64,000 bases of DNA from a bacterium (GCA_963651445.1 CAVJPU010000001.1:129094-193093); one strand, 5' to 3'. Counted from the first letter of the stretch, positions 1-8,738 are shown. Made by a program: numbers and translations. The notes: generated from the letters alone by a model not told the origin.

Positions 1-213
1 ATCAACGTCATCTTTGTGACCCATTGGATCCAAAATCGTATAACGGGCGGCGAAAAAGAAGCCGACGATGAGAATCAAGGAACAAAGGAGATCCAATAAG
101 CCAGCCGCATAGCGGGTTATAAGATTCGGCTTTTTGGCCACGTAGAGTTCGCTTTTAAGCTTCTCTTCTTCCTCTTGCTCCTTCTTTTTATTAAGAAGGT
201 CATCGTATTTCAT
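1..213 (-). CDS. RDD-like membrane protein, N-terminal part only (gene continues beyond the left edge of the window)
   Basis: This ORF is absent from the ORF track because it has no stop codon in the window. Reverse translation from the ATG at 213..211 gives MKYDDLLNKKKEQEEEEKLKSELYVAKKPNLITRYAAGLLDLLCSLILIVGFFFAARYTILDPMGHKDDVD. That is a charged tail followed by a first TM helix with an R...G.LD pattern, like the N-termini of the RDD ORFs at 28931-32362. Confidence 0.5.
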   Translation of the reverse strand, partial: MKYDDLLNKKKEQEEEEKLKSELYVAKKPNLITRYAAGLLDLLCSLILIVGFFFAARYTILDPMGHKDDVD

Positions 214-230
214 AATCCATATTTTAAGCC

Positions 231-263
231 CAAAAAAAGAGGACATGCAATGTCATGCCCTCT
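231..263 (-). terminator. Rho-independent terminator after the ABC ATPase gene
   Basis: On the minus strand, AGAGGGCATG-acattg-CATGTCCTCT forms a 10-bp stem with one G-U pair, followed by a T7 run. Confidence 0.6.
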
Positions 264-280
264 TGAAATAGGATAAAGAG

Positions 281-1729
281 TTAGTTTTCTTTCTCTTTTT
301 TCTTCTTTTTGAGCTTGCTGAACAAGCCTTTCTTTTTGGTTTCGTCGACCCCTTCGTTCGGGTTCTCGCCTTTGGCGACCAACTCAATCTTATGGGCTTT
401 CTCTTCTGGCTTCTCGCCGACTTCGACGACTTCGATGGAGCCAAGAGCTAAGTTGTTTTTCGATTCATAATCGAAGAGGATGATGCCATCGCCGACGATA
501 TCAAAATTGATCTTCTCATCAGTCTTATAGTCGATGGAACCAAAGACTACCGCGGAAAGGATATCGCCGCCAAAGTCAATCTTGACGGTGGTTTCCATGC
601 CGGTAGGAAGGGTGCTATAGGCAAGGCCGGACAATTTGCTTTCCTTAACGATTGGCAAGAATTCCGGACGGATGCCTAAGACAATCTCTTTGCCTTCGTA
701 AAGAGGTTCTAAGCCTTCGACCAATTCTTTGGCGTGGAAGATACCTTCTACTCCTAAGAAGGAAACAGCGACATCATTGCCTTTGATGCCGGTGACGGTG
801 CCTGGGATGAAGTTCATGGTCGGGTTGCCGACGAAGTCTGCGACGAACAAGTTCTTCGGACGCTTATAAACGGTAAGCGGTGGGTCGATTTGATTGACTA
901 CCGCATCATTCATAAGGCAAATACGGGTGGCTAAGGACATAGCCTCCAACTGGTCGTGGGTAACGTAGATGAAGGTGGAATCGGTGTCGTTATGAAGACG
1001 CTTCAATTCGGTTCTCATTTCACCACGGAGTTTGGCATCCAAATTGGACAATGGTTCGTCCATGAACAAGACCTTTGGCTTGGTGGCCAAGGTACGAGCG
1101 ATGGCGACACGCTGCTGCTGACCGCCGGATAATTCGGCTGGATAGCGATCTCTGAACTTGGTGATTTTGAGCATGGTAAGAACTTCGTTGATACGTTTTT
1201 CCATCTCTTCTTTGGTAAGGTGGCGTTTCTTGGTGGCTGGGACGGCTGGGGTAACCTTGGCTTCCTCTAATTTAGCCTCCAATTCGGCTTTCTTAGCAGG
1301 ATCGGTTTCATCGGCGATCAAAACCTTTAAGCCTTGGATTAAATCTTCGTCTGGAATTAAGATTTCATGGCCTTCCTTATCTAATTTCGGTTCATCGATG
1401 AGAATATTCTCAAGACCGAAACGGATGTTCTTATAGACGGTCATGTGTGGCCATAAGGCGTAGTTCTGGAATAAGAAACCGATGTCACGGCGGGCAGGGC
1501 TCAAGTTGATGCCGGTTTCGGAATCAAAGACGACCTTGTCTCCGATGGTTATACGACCGGAGGTTGGGGTTTCCAAACCGGCGATCATACGTAAAGTGGT
1601 GGTCTTGCCGCAGCCAGAAGGGCCTAATAAGGTAATGAATTCACGGTCTTCGATGACGAAGTTCAAATCTTTGGCGCCGTAGAAGTCGCCCCACTTTTTA
1701 GTAACGTGTTCTAATGTGATTTTTGGCAT
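281..1729 (-). CDS. ABC transporter ATP-binding protein (MalK/UgpC/PotA-like with a C-terminal regulatory/TOBE-like domain). It carries an inserted charged segment and a poly-Lys tail.
   Basis: The motifs are Walker A GPSGCGKTT, Q-loop FQNYALWPH, signature LSGGQQQR, Walker B VLFMDEPLS and H-loop VTHDQ. About 60 extra residues lie between the Q-loop region and the signature. The C-terminus is KKKGLFSKLKKKKKEKEN. Confidence 0.9.
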   Translation of the reverse strand: MPKITLEHVTKKWGDFYGAKDLNFVIEDREFITLLGPSGCGKTTTLRMIAGLETPTSGRITIGDKVVFDSETGINLSPARRDIGFLFQNYALWPHMTVYKNIRFGLENILIDEPKLDKEGHEILIPDEDLIQGLKVLIADETDPAKKAELEAKLEEAKVTPAVPATKKRHLTKEEMEKRINEVLTMLKITKFRDRYPAELSGGQQQRVAIARTLATKPKVLFMDEPLSNLDAKLRGEMRTELKRLHNDTDSTFIYVTHDQLEAMSLATRICLMNDAVVNQIDPPLTVYKRPKNLFVADFVGNPTMNFIPGTVTGIKGNDVAVSFLGVEGIFHAKELVEGLEPLYEGKEIVLGIRPEFLPIVKESKLSGLAYSTLPTGMETTVKIDFGGDILSAVVFGSIDYKTDEKINFDIVGDGIILFDYESKNNLALGSIEVVEVGEKPEEKAHKIELVAKGENPNEGVDETKKKGLFSKLKKKKKEKEN

Positions 1730-1733
1730 ATGT

Positions 1734-3638
1734 TTATCCTCCCACGCCCTTATCGATGGACGCGCCGGTTAATTTATTGACGATCAAATTGATACCGACA
1801 ACCAAGACAACGATGACTAAGTTAATGCCGTTGGCTAACTGTTCGATGCCGTTACGGTTGAAGTATTCCAAGATATTGGTGGCTAAGGTGTAGTTGCTCG
1901 TAATCAACGAGAACAAGGTGTACTCACGCATGCAAGAGATGAACGGGAGCAAATAACCGGATAAGAAGCTGGCCTTCTGGATCGGGAAGATGACTCTGGT
2001 CATACGCTTGATCCATGGGGTGTTGACGATGATGGCGGCTTCTTCGATTTCGTTGGAGAGCTGCAACATAGCGTTGGTGCCGCTTCTGGAAGCGAATGGA
2101 ATGAATTTGATGCCGCCGCAGAGGACGCAGATGGCAATCGCCGACCATTCGGAGCCGGTGGTTGAGACGTCCAAGAAGCTGAAGGTTGAGGTCTTCATAA
2201 GAGAGAAGAAGACGGCGCTGAAGCACATGGCTGGGATCAAATATGGCAAGAAGGCCAAAGAACCGACGGCATTTGCGAATCTGGATCTTCTCTTTTTGGC
2301 AACCGCGTAACCCAATAAGATACCGATGGTACCGCAGATGAGGGAAACGCAGATAGAGATCAATAAGGTACGTCCGATAGCTGACTGGATATCCTTATTG
2401 AAGAATATGCCTGCCGTTGATAGGTCACGAGCGCTGATATAGGCATCTTCGACCGTGTCTGTCTTCGAGAACCAGAACTTCCAGTCGATGGAAGAAATGA
2501 CGCCCGGAGTGGATTCCAAAGATTCCAAAACGAAGGAAACTAATGGAACGATGGCGAAGAAGATAACCACGATCATGACGATGATGGCAATAGGCCATCT
2601 CCATCCACGGAGGTTGATCTTGGAAATCTGACCTGACTTACCGGATACGGTGGTGAATCCACGACGTGATTTGGTAAACCAGTTATTCAAAACCAAGATG
2701 AGCATTGAGAAGATCATTAAGACCGTGGCCATGACGTAGCCTTCGCCGGTCTTTCCTAAAGAAAGAGCGCTTCTCAAGGCGATGGAAATGGAAGTGAACG
2801 ACTTGTTGACGTTCAACATGTAAGGAACGGTGTAGCTGGAGATAGAGGAAGAGAATACCAACAAAACGGTCGAGACAATAGCTGGAGCGACGATTGGCAA
2901 TGTAATCCTTCTTAATATCTTCCCGCGCGAGGCTTTTAAGACGATGGCCGCTTCTTCAAGGTTGGCGTCCATATTACGCAAAATGCCACCTATCAAAATA
3001 TAGGCGAATGGGGCGTAGTGGATACCTAAGCATAAAGCCGAAGGCCAGAAGCCATAAGTCAGCCATTCAGGAGCACATAAGCCGGTCAATGACTGCAATA
3101 AACCGATACCAGGGGCCGAAGCGATCTTGGTGTTCTTAAAGAAGTTCACCCAGAACATGGCAATGGACCACGAAGGCATGATATATGGGAATACGAATAC
3201 CGTTGAAAGAAATTTCTTAAACGGCATGTTGGTGCGGGTAATCAAGAACGCAACCGTGCCACCGCCGATAACGGCAACGGCACAAGCCACCAAGGACATC
3301 AAGATGGACTTATATAATGGAGTCCAGAAGTAGTTGGCGGAATAGCCAGGGGTTCCTTTGTTGGCTAACAGGTATGGCCAAGTCAAGAAGGTGAAGTTTC
3401 CCTTTCTTAACGAGGTATCGAACTCTTCGTTCAAGGCCTTCGCTTCCGCACCGGATTGGACAATCAACGAGTTGCTGACCATCTTAATCAACGGATAGAT
3501 GACGGTGAGGACGAAGAATATCGCAAAGATGACGATAATTAAGTTAGCCGGTCTGGAGAGATACTGACCGATTGAGTTAAAGACTTTTTTCGCACGCTTA
3601 CCGAAACTCGGTTTGACAGTAGCTGCGCTAGAAGTCAT
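1734..3638 (-). CDS. ABC transporter permease, fused two-domain type (two tandem BPD_transp_1-like halves, about 12 TM)
   Basis: There are two EAA-type loops: NLEEAAIVLKASRGKILRRITLPI and NEIEEAAIIVNTPWIKRMTRVIFPI. I placed the start at MTSSAATV (ATG 3638..3636), which is preceded by AAAGGAGAAACTT. The track ORF extends to 3704, but that upstream start has no RBS. Confidence 0.85.
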   Translation of the reverse strand: MTSSAATVKPSFGKRAKKVFNSIGQYLSRPANLIIVIFAIFFVLTVIYPLIKMVSNSLIVQSGAEAKALNEEFDTSLRKGNFTFLTWPYLLANKGTPGYSANYFWTPLYKSILMSLVACAVAVIGGGTVAFLITRTNMPFKKFLSTVFVFPYIMPSWSIAMFWVNFFKNTKIASAPGIGLLQSLTGLCAPEWLTYGFWPSALCLGIHYAPFAYILIGGILRNMDANLEEAAIVLKASRGKILRRITLPIVAPAIVSTVLLVFSSSISSYTVPYMLNVNKSFTSISIALRSALSLGKTGEGYVMATVLMIFSMLILVLNNWFTKSRRGFTTVSGKSGQISKINLRGWRWPIAIIVMIVVIFFAIVPLVSFVLESLESTPGVISSIDWKFWFSKTDTVEDAYISARDLSTAGIFFNKDIQSAIGRTLLISICVSLICGTIGILLGYAVAKKRRSRFANAVGSLAFLPYLIPAMCFSAVFFSLMKTSTFSFLDVSTTGSEWSAIAICVLCGGIKFIPFASRSGTNAMLQLSNEIEEAAIIVNTPWIKRMTRVIFPIQKASFLSGYLLPFISCMREYTLFSLITSNYTLATNILEYFNRNGIEQLANGINLVIVVLVVGINLIVNKLTGASIDKGVGG

Positions 3639-3735
3639 AAGTTTCTCCTTTTGGATAAAGCAATAACGGGGATTGTGGGCTGGCCCAGAACCCCCGTTAT
3701 TCAAAAGCTAATTAATTAGCGAGATGTGATGCTGT

Positions 3736-5121
3736 TTATTTGTTGCCAGCAGTGACCTTGGCAATGATAGCATTGACGGTCGAGGTCTTAACGTTCTTCA
3801 AATAGTCGAAGTCTTCGTTAAGTTCTTTGGCCTTGTGTTCTTCTTTGGTCCAATCGCCTTTAGCGTACTTGAAGGAAGAAGAAGCGGTGCCTGGATAGTA
3901 GTAACCATACTGGTTAGCGGCGTCGCCATTGGCGTCTGGGGTGCTGCTGTTATAGATAGCGGAAGTGTAGGTGCTTTCTTCTAACAAGACACGGGCGAAT
4001 AAAGCGGCGGTGTATGGGAACTTGGCGTTGTTGATGATCTGGGAGTCCATGCAATACATGAAGCCATTGAAGCCATCGATGGCCCAATCCCACTTAACGG
4101 TGGACATGGCGTTGATGCCGGTTTCGTTGTACTTGTAGGTCTTGCCATCGCAAGTGACGGTGATGTCGGTGTCGGTGGTGTCGCCATCGCCATTGAGGTC
4201 GACGTCATAGTTCTTGCCAACGGCGTCTTTCATCTTGGCGAAAGCGCCATAGTAGACGATACCGGCGGCCCAGTCGTCTTTGATTTGGGTTTCTTTCATG
4301 GCAGTGCCGTCAGAGGTATGCCAACGAGAGATGGTGTCAAGGAACTGATCCAACCACTGTTCGCCAGCGGTAGCATATTTGTCAGACTTGGCCCAATCGG
4401 TACCGAAGTATTTCTTATAAGCGGCTTTGATTCTGTCTTGTTCTTTGCTATTCAAAGCGGAGAGCAAGAAGGACATGTTGATCTGCTCGGTTTCTGGGGA
4501 TTGGAAGGAGACCTTGGTGATGGCGTCGGACTTATTGGCGTCCTTGGCGGCGGTGGTCATCTGCCAGATATTGTGGAGCTTGAATCCGTTGACGGTTTCG
4601 AAGTTGGTGTTGGTCCAGAACAATTTGTTGAAGTGGATACCCTTGAGTGGGTTGCAGTCTTCATCGGCTAAGCCAATGGCGGCTTTGTCTTTTGGAGAAT
4701 AGTTGTAGAGAATGCCATCTTCGACCAAGGTAGCGAAGGAACGGGCATCCTGAGCTAAAACATAGTCGGCGAAGTAGGTGTTGTCAGCGGCCTGTAAGGC
4801 GGTTAACAAAGCAGCATCCTTATAACCGTTGTTGACGTCGATGTTGTCGTTATCGGTTCCATAGTGGATCCAATCACACTGAGCAGCGACGGCGGTGGCG
4901 ACCTTCTTCAAAGCGGAAGTTAAGCCGACAACCTTGAACTTTTCGTTTGGCTGGGCTTCGAATTCCTTCTTGGATTCGGCCTTCAACTCGTCGATAGTCA
5001 TCTTGCTAGCTTCAGAAGCGGCAAGAGCAGTGCCTTCGAGCTTTTCGTTACCGCAAGAAGACATCGCGATGGCGGAGCCTGCTAAGATTAAGAGGACTCC
5101 TAATTTTGCACCTTTTTTCAT
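3736..5121 (-). CDS. Lipoprotein, ABC transporter substrate-binding protein (substrate unknown)
   Basis: The signal peptide and lipobox are MKKGAKLGVLLILAGSAIAMSS|CGNE. The RBS GAGGAGG lies upstream. It is the first gene of the SBP-permease-ATPase operon. Confidence 0.75.
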   Translation of the reverse strand: MKKGAKLGVLLILAGSAIAMSSCGNEKLEGTALAASEASKMTIDELKAESKKEFEAQPNEKFKVVGLTSALKKVATAVAAQCDWIHYGTDNDNIDVNNGYKDAALLTALQAADNTYFADYVLAQDARSFATLVEDGILYNYSPKDKAAIGLADEDCNPLKGIHFNKLFWTNTNFETVNGFKLHNIWQMTTAAKDANKSDAITKVSFQSPETEQINMSFLLSALNSKEQDRIKAAYKKYFGTDWAKSDKYATAGEQWLDQFLDTISRWHTSDGTAMKETQIKDDWAAGIVYYGAFAKMKDAVGKNYDVDLNGDGDTTDTDITVTCDGKTYKYNETGINAMSTVKWDWAIDGFNGFMYCMDSQIINNAKFPYTAALFARVLLEESTYTSAIYNSSTPDANGDAANQYGYYYPGTASSSFKYAKGDWTKEEHKAKELNEDFDYLKNVKTSTVNAIIAKVTAGNK

Positions 5122-5262
5122 TTTTACCTCCTCGAAAAAAGATTTTATTTTTTAAGGCAAATCTGCCGATAACATACCATTTACAGGTTATGGCACGCAA
5201 ATTTGTCTTATATGGTTACATATAGACTACAAGATATTTAACATAAATGTCCATTAAAAAAT

Positions 5263-5280
5263 AGTGAATTATCATTCACT
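5263..5280. promoter_or_regulatory. Perfect palindrome AGTGAAT-TATC-ATTCACT (GTGAA-N6-TTCAC) upstream of the ABC operon. It is a candidate operator, or alternatively a weak AT-rich bidirectional hairpin.
   Basis: I read it directly. It is flanked by an A-run and a T-run. It lies about 140 nt upstream of the SBP start codon, and the same half-sites and spacing recur at 50217..50232. Confidence 0.4.
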
Positions 5281-5290
5281 TTTTATGGTC

Positions 5291-5326
5291 GAAATAGAAA
5301 AAGATAAGATGTCAAGGCATCTTATC
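5291..5326 (-). terminator. Rho-independent terminator of the phosphatase gene, overlapping its stop codon
   Basis: The 9-bp stem is GATAAGATG/CATCTTATC (5303..5311 paired with 5318..5326) with a 6-nt loop. A T-rich run follows on the minus strand. Confidence 0.6.
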
Positions 5327-6134
5327 CTAAATAGAAATCTTTCCAATTTTTTAGCCGTTCCGGTGTTATATGAAAGTGCTTTACTAAAAAATTGTCGAAC
5401 GTACCATACTGCTTCAAAATCGAGTTCATGCAAAGTTTGTAATATCTCTTCTCTACTACGACCAGTTTTTTCATGCAATGAGCGCAATAAGTCTTGCCAC
5501 TTCTATTAAAAGCCTCATCGATTCTCAATTTATTTTTATCCTTACGAGCAATGTTAGATAACAAATAGTCATTTAATATTTCTTCTTCATTGACACCTAA
5601 AGCGTGCAATAAAATAAAGAAGAAAATACCAGTTCTGTCTTTTCCGCCTTGGCAATGCACCAAAATTCTTTCATGTTGATCTAAGGCTTCAAATATCTTG
5701 CCAAAGGCCATCGAAAAAGGAATTTCTTTGTATAGTTTTAAATATTCCAAGTATTTGTGGCGGAAATCTTTACGGGTTGGATTGGAATAATTCCAAGTCG
5801 CGACATCGATGGCTTCAAAATCTAATTCGCCATCCCTTAACTTTGGATCTATTTCATTCAAAACGGATAAATTGACATTATCTATATATTGGAATTTATA
5901 GTCGACTCGGCCTTTGACCGTTTCCGGGTCTCTCAAATCAAATATGGTGTCTAATTCAAGCTCTTCAATCCCTTCGATGGTTTCGTGGTCGATATTCAAT
6001 CCTGGCTGGGCGCTACGGAAAAGATAACCATGCTTGATGGTTTTGCCATCTTTGGTTCTCATGCCTCCAAGATCGCGGAAATTCAATAAATGAATCTTCG
6101 GATAATCCATGTGATTAAGTATATCAGCGTTCAC
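5322..6134 (-). CDS. Protein-tyrosine/serine phosphatase family protein (Y_phosphatase3-like)
   Basis: The CX5R active-site loop VHCQGGKDRTG is present, and the N-terminal NFRDLGG motif is typical of the family. The track start at 6134 is a GTG. An alternative ATG (MDYPK...) lies at 6110. Confidence 0.8.
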   Translation of the reverse strand: MNADILNHMDYPKIHLLNFRDLGGMRTKDGKTIKHGYLFRSAQPGLNIDHETIEGIEELELDTIFDLRDPETVKGRVDYKFQYIDNVNLSVLNEIDPKLRDGELDFEAIDVATWNYSNPTRKDFRHKYLEYLKLYKEIPFSMAFGKIFEALDQHERILVHCQGGKDRTGIFFFILLHALGVNEEEILNDYLLSNIARKDKNKLRIDEAFNRSGKTYCAHCMKKLVVVEKRYYKLCMNSILKQYGTFDNFLVKHFHITPERLKNWKDFYLG

Positions 6135-6185
6135 CTTATTTTCTAACTTCGATTAAATTGTAAACACTTACACGGCTGGGCTAAT

Positions 6186-6213
6186 TTGTATTAATCTCGC
6201 ACACGCTTACAAT
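6186..6213 (+). promoter_or_regulatory. Candidate sigma-A promoter for fba
   Basis: TTGTAT, 16 nt, TACAAT, located about 30 nt upstream of the fba ATG. Confidence 0.45.
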
Positions 6214-6241
6214 AGAAGTGCTAATCAAGGAGATTATAAAA

Positions 6242-7189
6242 ATGCCATTAGTAACTTCTAAAGAAATGTTCCGCCGCGCCACTGAAGGCAAATACGGTAT
6301 CGGTGCTTTTAACTTCGATAATATCGATGTTATGCGTGCCATTCTCCGTGCTGCGGATAATCTCAAAGCCCCTGTCATCATCATGGTTTCCAGCGGTGCT
6401 TGGAAATTTATGAATCCACTCTACATCAGAGCCGTCGCTGACATCGCCGCTAAAGAATTCCCAAACGCTGAATTCTGCTTGCATTTAGACCACGGCAAGA
6501 CCGTCGAAATCTGCAAACAGGCCGTTGATGCCGGATTCACTTCCGTCATGATCGATGCTTCCGCTCTCCCGTACGAAGAGAACATCAAAGCCACCAAGGA
6601 AGTCGTCGAATACGCCCACGCTCGTGGTGTCGTCGTCGAATCCGAATTAGGCGCCATCGCCGGCATCGAAGATGATGTCAACGTCGATGATAAATATGGC
6701 TGCTTCACCCATCCAGACCAGGCCGTTGATTTTGTCAAACGCACCGGAATCGATAGCTTAGCCATCGCCATCGGCACCGCTCACGGCGCTTACAAGTTCA
6801 AGCCAGGAACCAAGCCACAACTCCGTTTCGACATCTTAGACGAAATCGAAGCCAAGCTCCCAGGATTTCCACTTGTCTTACATGGCGCTTCCTCTGTTCC
6901 AGCCGCTTCCTTAGCCTTAATCAACGAAAACGGCGGTAACATGCCAGCCGCTATCGGTATCCCAGAGGCCATGCTTGAAGAAGCTTGCAAACGTGGCGTT
7001 GGCAAGATCAACGTCGGTACCGACTTACGTGTCGCCTTCACCGGCAATATGCGTAAGGTCATGAAAGAGAAACCAGAAGTCTATGACTTGCGTTCTCTCT
7101 TCACCCCGGGCCTTGATGCCATCACCGCTTTGGTCGAAAGCAAGATCAAAGGCTACCTCCACTCTGAAGGCAAAGCCGTCATCGACTAA
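6242..7189 (+). CDS. fba: Fructose-bisphosphate aldolase, class II
   Basis: Class II motifs are present (LHLDHGKT, AIGTAHGAYK, VLHGASSVP). The start is at MPLVTSKEMF, with AAGGAG 8 nt upstream. The track ORF begins upstream at a non-ATG codon. Confidence 0.93.
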   Translation: MPLVTSKEMFRRATEGKYGIGAFNFDNIDVMRAILRAADNLKAPVIIMVSSGAWKFMNPLYIRAVADIAAKEFPNAEFCLHLDHGKTVEICKQAVDAGFTSVMIDASALPYEENIKATKEVVEYAHARGVVVESELGAIAGIEDDVNVDDKYGCFTHPDQAVDFVKRTGIDSLAIAIGTAHGAYKFKPGTKPQLRFDILDEIEAKLPGFPLVLHGASSVPAASLALINENGGNMPAAIGIPEAMLEEACKRGVGKINVGTDLRVAFTGNMRKVMKEKPEVYDLRSLFTPGLDAITALVESKIKGYLHSEGKAVID

Positions 7190-7207
7190 TAGCCATTTCA
7201 AAGTAAG

Positions 7208-7235
7208 CCACGGCTTGAGCCGTGGTTTTCTTTTT
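7208..7235 (+). terminator. Rho-independent terminator after fba
   Basis: CCACGGC-ttga-GCCGTGG followed by TTTTCTTTTT. Confidence 0.8.
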
Positions 7236-7244
7236 GCCCGCACG

Positions 7245-7253
7245 TGCTAGAAT
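7245..7253 (+). promoter_or_regulatory. Extended -10 promoter TGcTAGAAT placed 6 nt upstream of the cysS ATG (leaderless arrangement)
   Basis: The TAGAAT hexamer is at 7248..7253, and the A of the ATG (7260) is the 7th nt downstream. There is no SD between the fba terminator and the ATG. Confidence 0.5.
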
Positions 7254-7259
7254 AGAGCC

Positions 7260-8606
7260 ATGAAAAAGTTGACTATTTTTAATTCCTTAGGCAACAAACT
7301 CGAAGAGTTTAAACCAATTATTCCAGGCAAAGCCTCCATCTATTGTTGCGGCCCAACCGTTTATAATGATCCTCATATTGGTAATTTCCGTCCGGTTATC
7401 GTTTTCGATGTTCTCCGTAGAACTTTAATCAGACTCGGATATGACGTCAAATTCGTTTCTAACTACACCGATGTCGATGACAAAATCATCAAGCGTGCTA
7501 AAGAATTAGGAATCACCGAGAAGGAATTGACCACTTCGGTTATCGCTGAATATCGTCGTTTGGTCACGGAAGTCGGTTCTATGCAACCAGACGAAACCCC
7601 GACCCCGACCGTTTATATGCCGCAGATCCTCGAATATGTCGAAGACCTTGTTAAGAGTGGAGCCGCTTATGCGGTTGACGGTGATGTTTACCTTAAAGTT
7701 ACCGATGTCCCTAATTATGGCGAATTATCCGGCAACTCCGTCGAAGATTTGGAATCCGGCGCCCGTATCAATATCAACGAAAAAAAGAAGGATCCTATCG
7801 ATTTTGCCCTTTGGAAGGAAACTGACGAAGGCATTAAATGGACTTCTGCTTGGGGCGAAGGACGCCCAGGCTGGCATACCGAATGCTGCGTCATGATCAA
7901 TTCCATCTTCAAAGACCAAGGCGGTCTTATCGATATTCATGGCGGCGGTTTCGACCTTAAGTTCCCACATCACGAGAATGAGATGGCCCAAGCCAAAGCC
8001 CACAACCATAACAAATTAGCCAACTACTGGATGCATAACGGCTTCATCAACGTCGATAACGAAAAGATGTCGAAGTCTTTGGGCAACGTCATCTTGATGA
8101 AAGACGTCGTTGAGAAATACGGCGGCATCCCATTCAGAATGATGATTTTGGCCGCTCATTATCGCGCTCCTGCTTCATTCTCCGAAGAGACCATCAAAGA
8201 AGCTCAGAAGAAATATCAACAACTCGTCCAATCCACTAAGATGGTCGGCGTTCAGCTGCAACTCGAAGGCGTCGATATCGATAAACTCGCCAAGCCGGAA
8301 GAAAACAAGGTCTTAGACGCCTTATGCGAAGACCTAAATACTCCGAACGCCTTAACGGCTTTATACGAACAAAACAAAGACCTTAACATGGTCTTCCGTA
8401 GTCGCCCAATCGATATCGACAAACTTAAATCCGCCTATTCTATGGTCGTGGATTCCTGTGAGATGTTGGGAATTACTTTGAATATTCCTCATCTAAATGA
8501 CGAAGATAAGGCTTTATACAAGGAATACAACGATGCCAAAGCCAATAAGGATTTCGCCAAATCCGATGATATCCGTGGCAAATTGATTGAACGCGGAGTC
8601 TTCTAA
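7260..8606 (+). CDS. cysS: Cysteine--tRNA ligase
   Basis: Class I motifs HIGN and KMSKS are present, with a CGPTVYN N-terminus and 448 aa. Confidence 0.96.
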   Translation: MKKLTIFNSLGNKLEEFKPIIPGKASIYCCGPTVYNDPHIGNFRPVIVFDVLRRTLIRLGYDVKFVSNYTDVDDKIIKRAKELGITEKELTTSVIAEYRRLVTEVGSMQPDETPTPTVYMPQILEYVEDLVKSGAAYAVDGDVYLKVTDVPNYGELSGNSVEDLESGARININEKKKDPIDFALWKETDEGIKWTSAWGEGRPGWHTECCVMINSIFKDQGGLIDIHGGGFDLKFPHHENEMAQAKAHNHNKLANYWMHNGFINVDNEKMSKSLGNVILMKDVVEKYGGIPFRMMILAAHYRAPASFSEETIKEAQKKYQQLVQSTKMVGVQLQLEGVDIDKLAKPEENKVLDALCEDLNTPNALTALYEQNKDLNMVFRSRPIDIDKLKSAYSMVVDSCEMLGITLNIPHLNDEDKALYKEYNDAKANKDFAKSDDIRGKLIERGVF

Positions 8607-8738
8607 ACCCTGACAAAACAAGCCATTCTGTCATACTCAAATTTAACGAATCAAAAAACTTGTTAGTTCGTTTCATTCAATTGTTGGAAATATAGTCAAT
8701 CATTAAATTAAATAAATCGCATCTTAAGGAGGCAAAAC

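Noticed and set aside
253-444. A 63-aa Lys/Ser/Arg-rich minus-strand ORF overlapping the 3' end of the ABC ATPase gene
   Set aside because: It is an alternative frame of the A/G-rich region that encodes the poly-Lys tail of the ATPase. There is no independent evidence for it.
3639-3704. Longer N-terminal extensions suggested by the ORF track for several genes (track starts at 3704, 6218, 32482, 42415, 44268, 48459, 50294 and 59554)
   Set aside because: In each case an internal ATG is preceded by a good GGAGG-type RBS and gives the N-terminus expected for the family (or a proper signal peptide). The upstream extension has no RBS and often overlaps the previous gene or its terminator.
5263-5280. 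Calling the GTGAA-N6-TTCAC palindromes (here and at 50217) bona fide Rex boxes
   Set aside because: The Rex consensus, as I recall it, has a 4-nt spacer between GAA and TTC. These sites have 6 nt and lack the flanking TT/AA. I kept them as unassigned operators.
7190-7259. A possible T-box or other leader upstream of cysS
   Set aside because: Only about 24 nt lie between the fba terminator and the ATG. That is far too short for a T-box, which needs about 200 nt.
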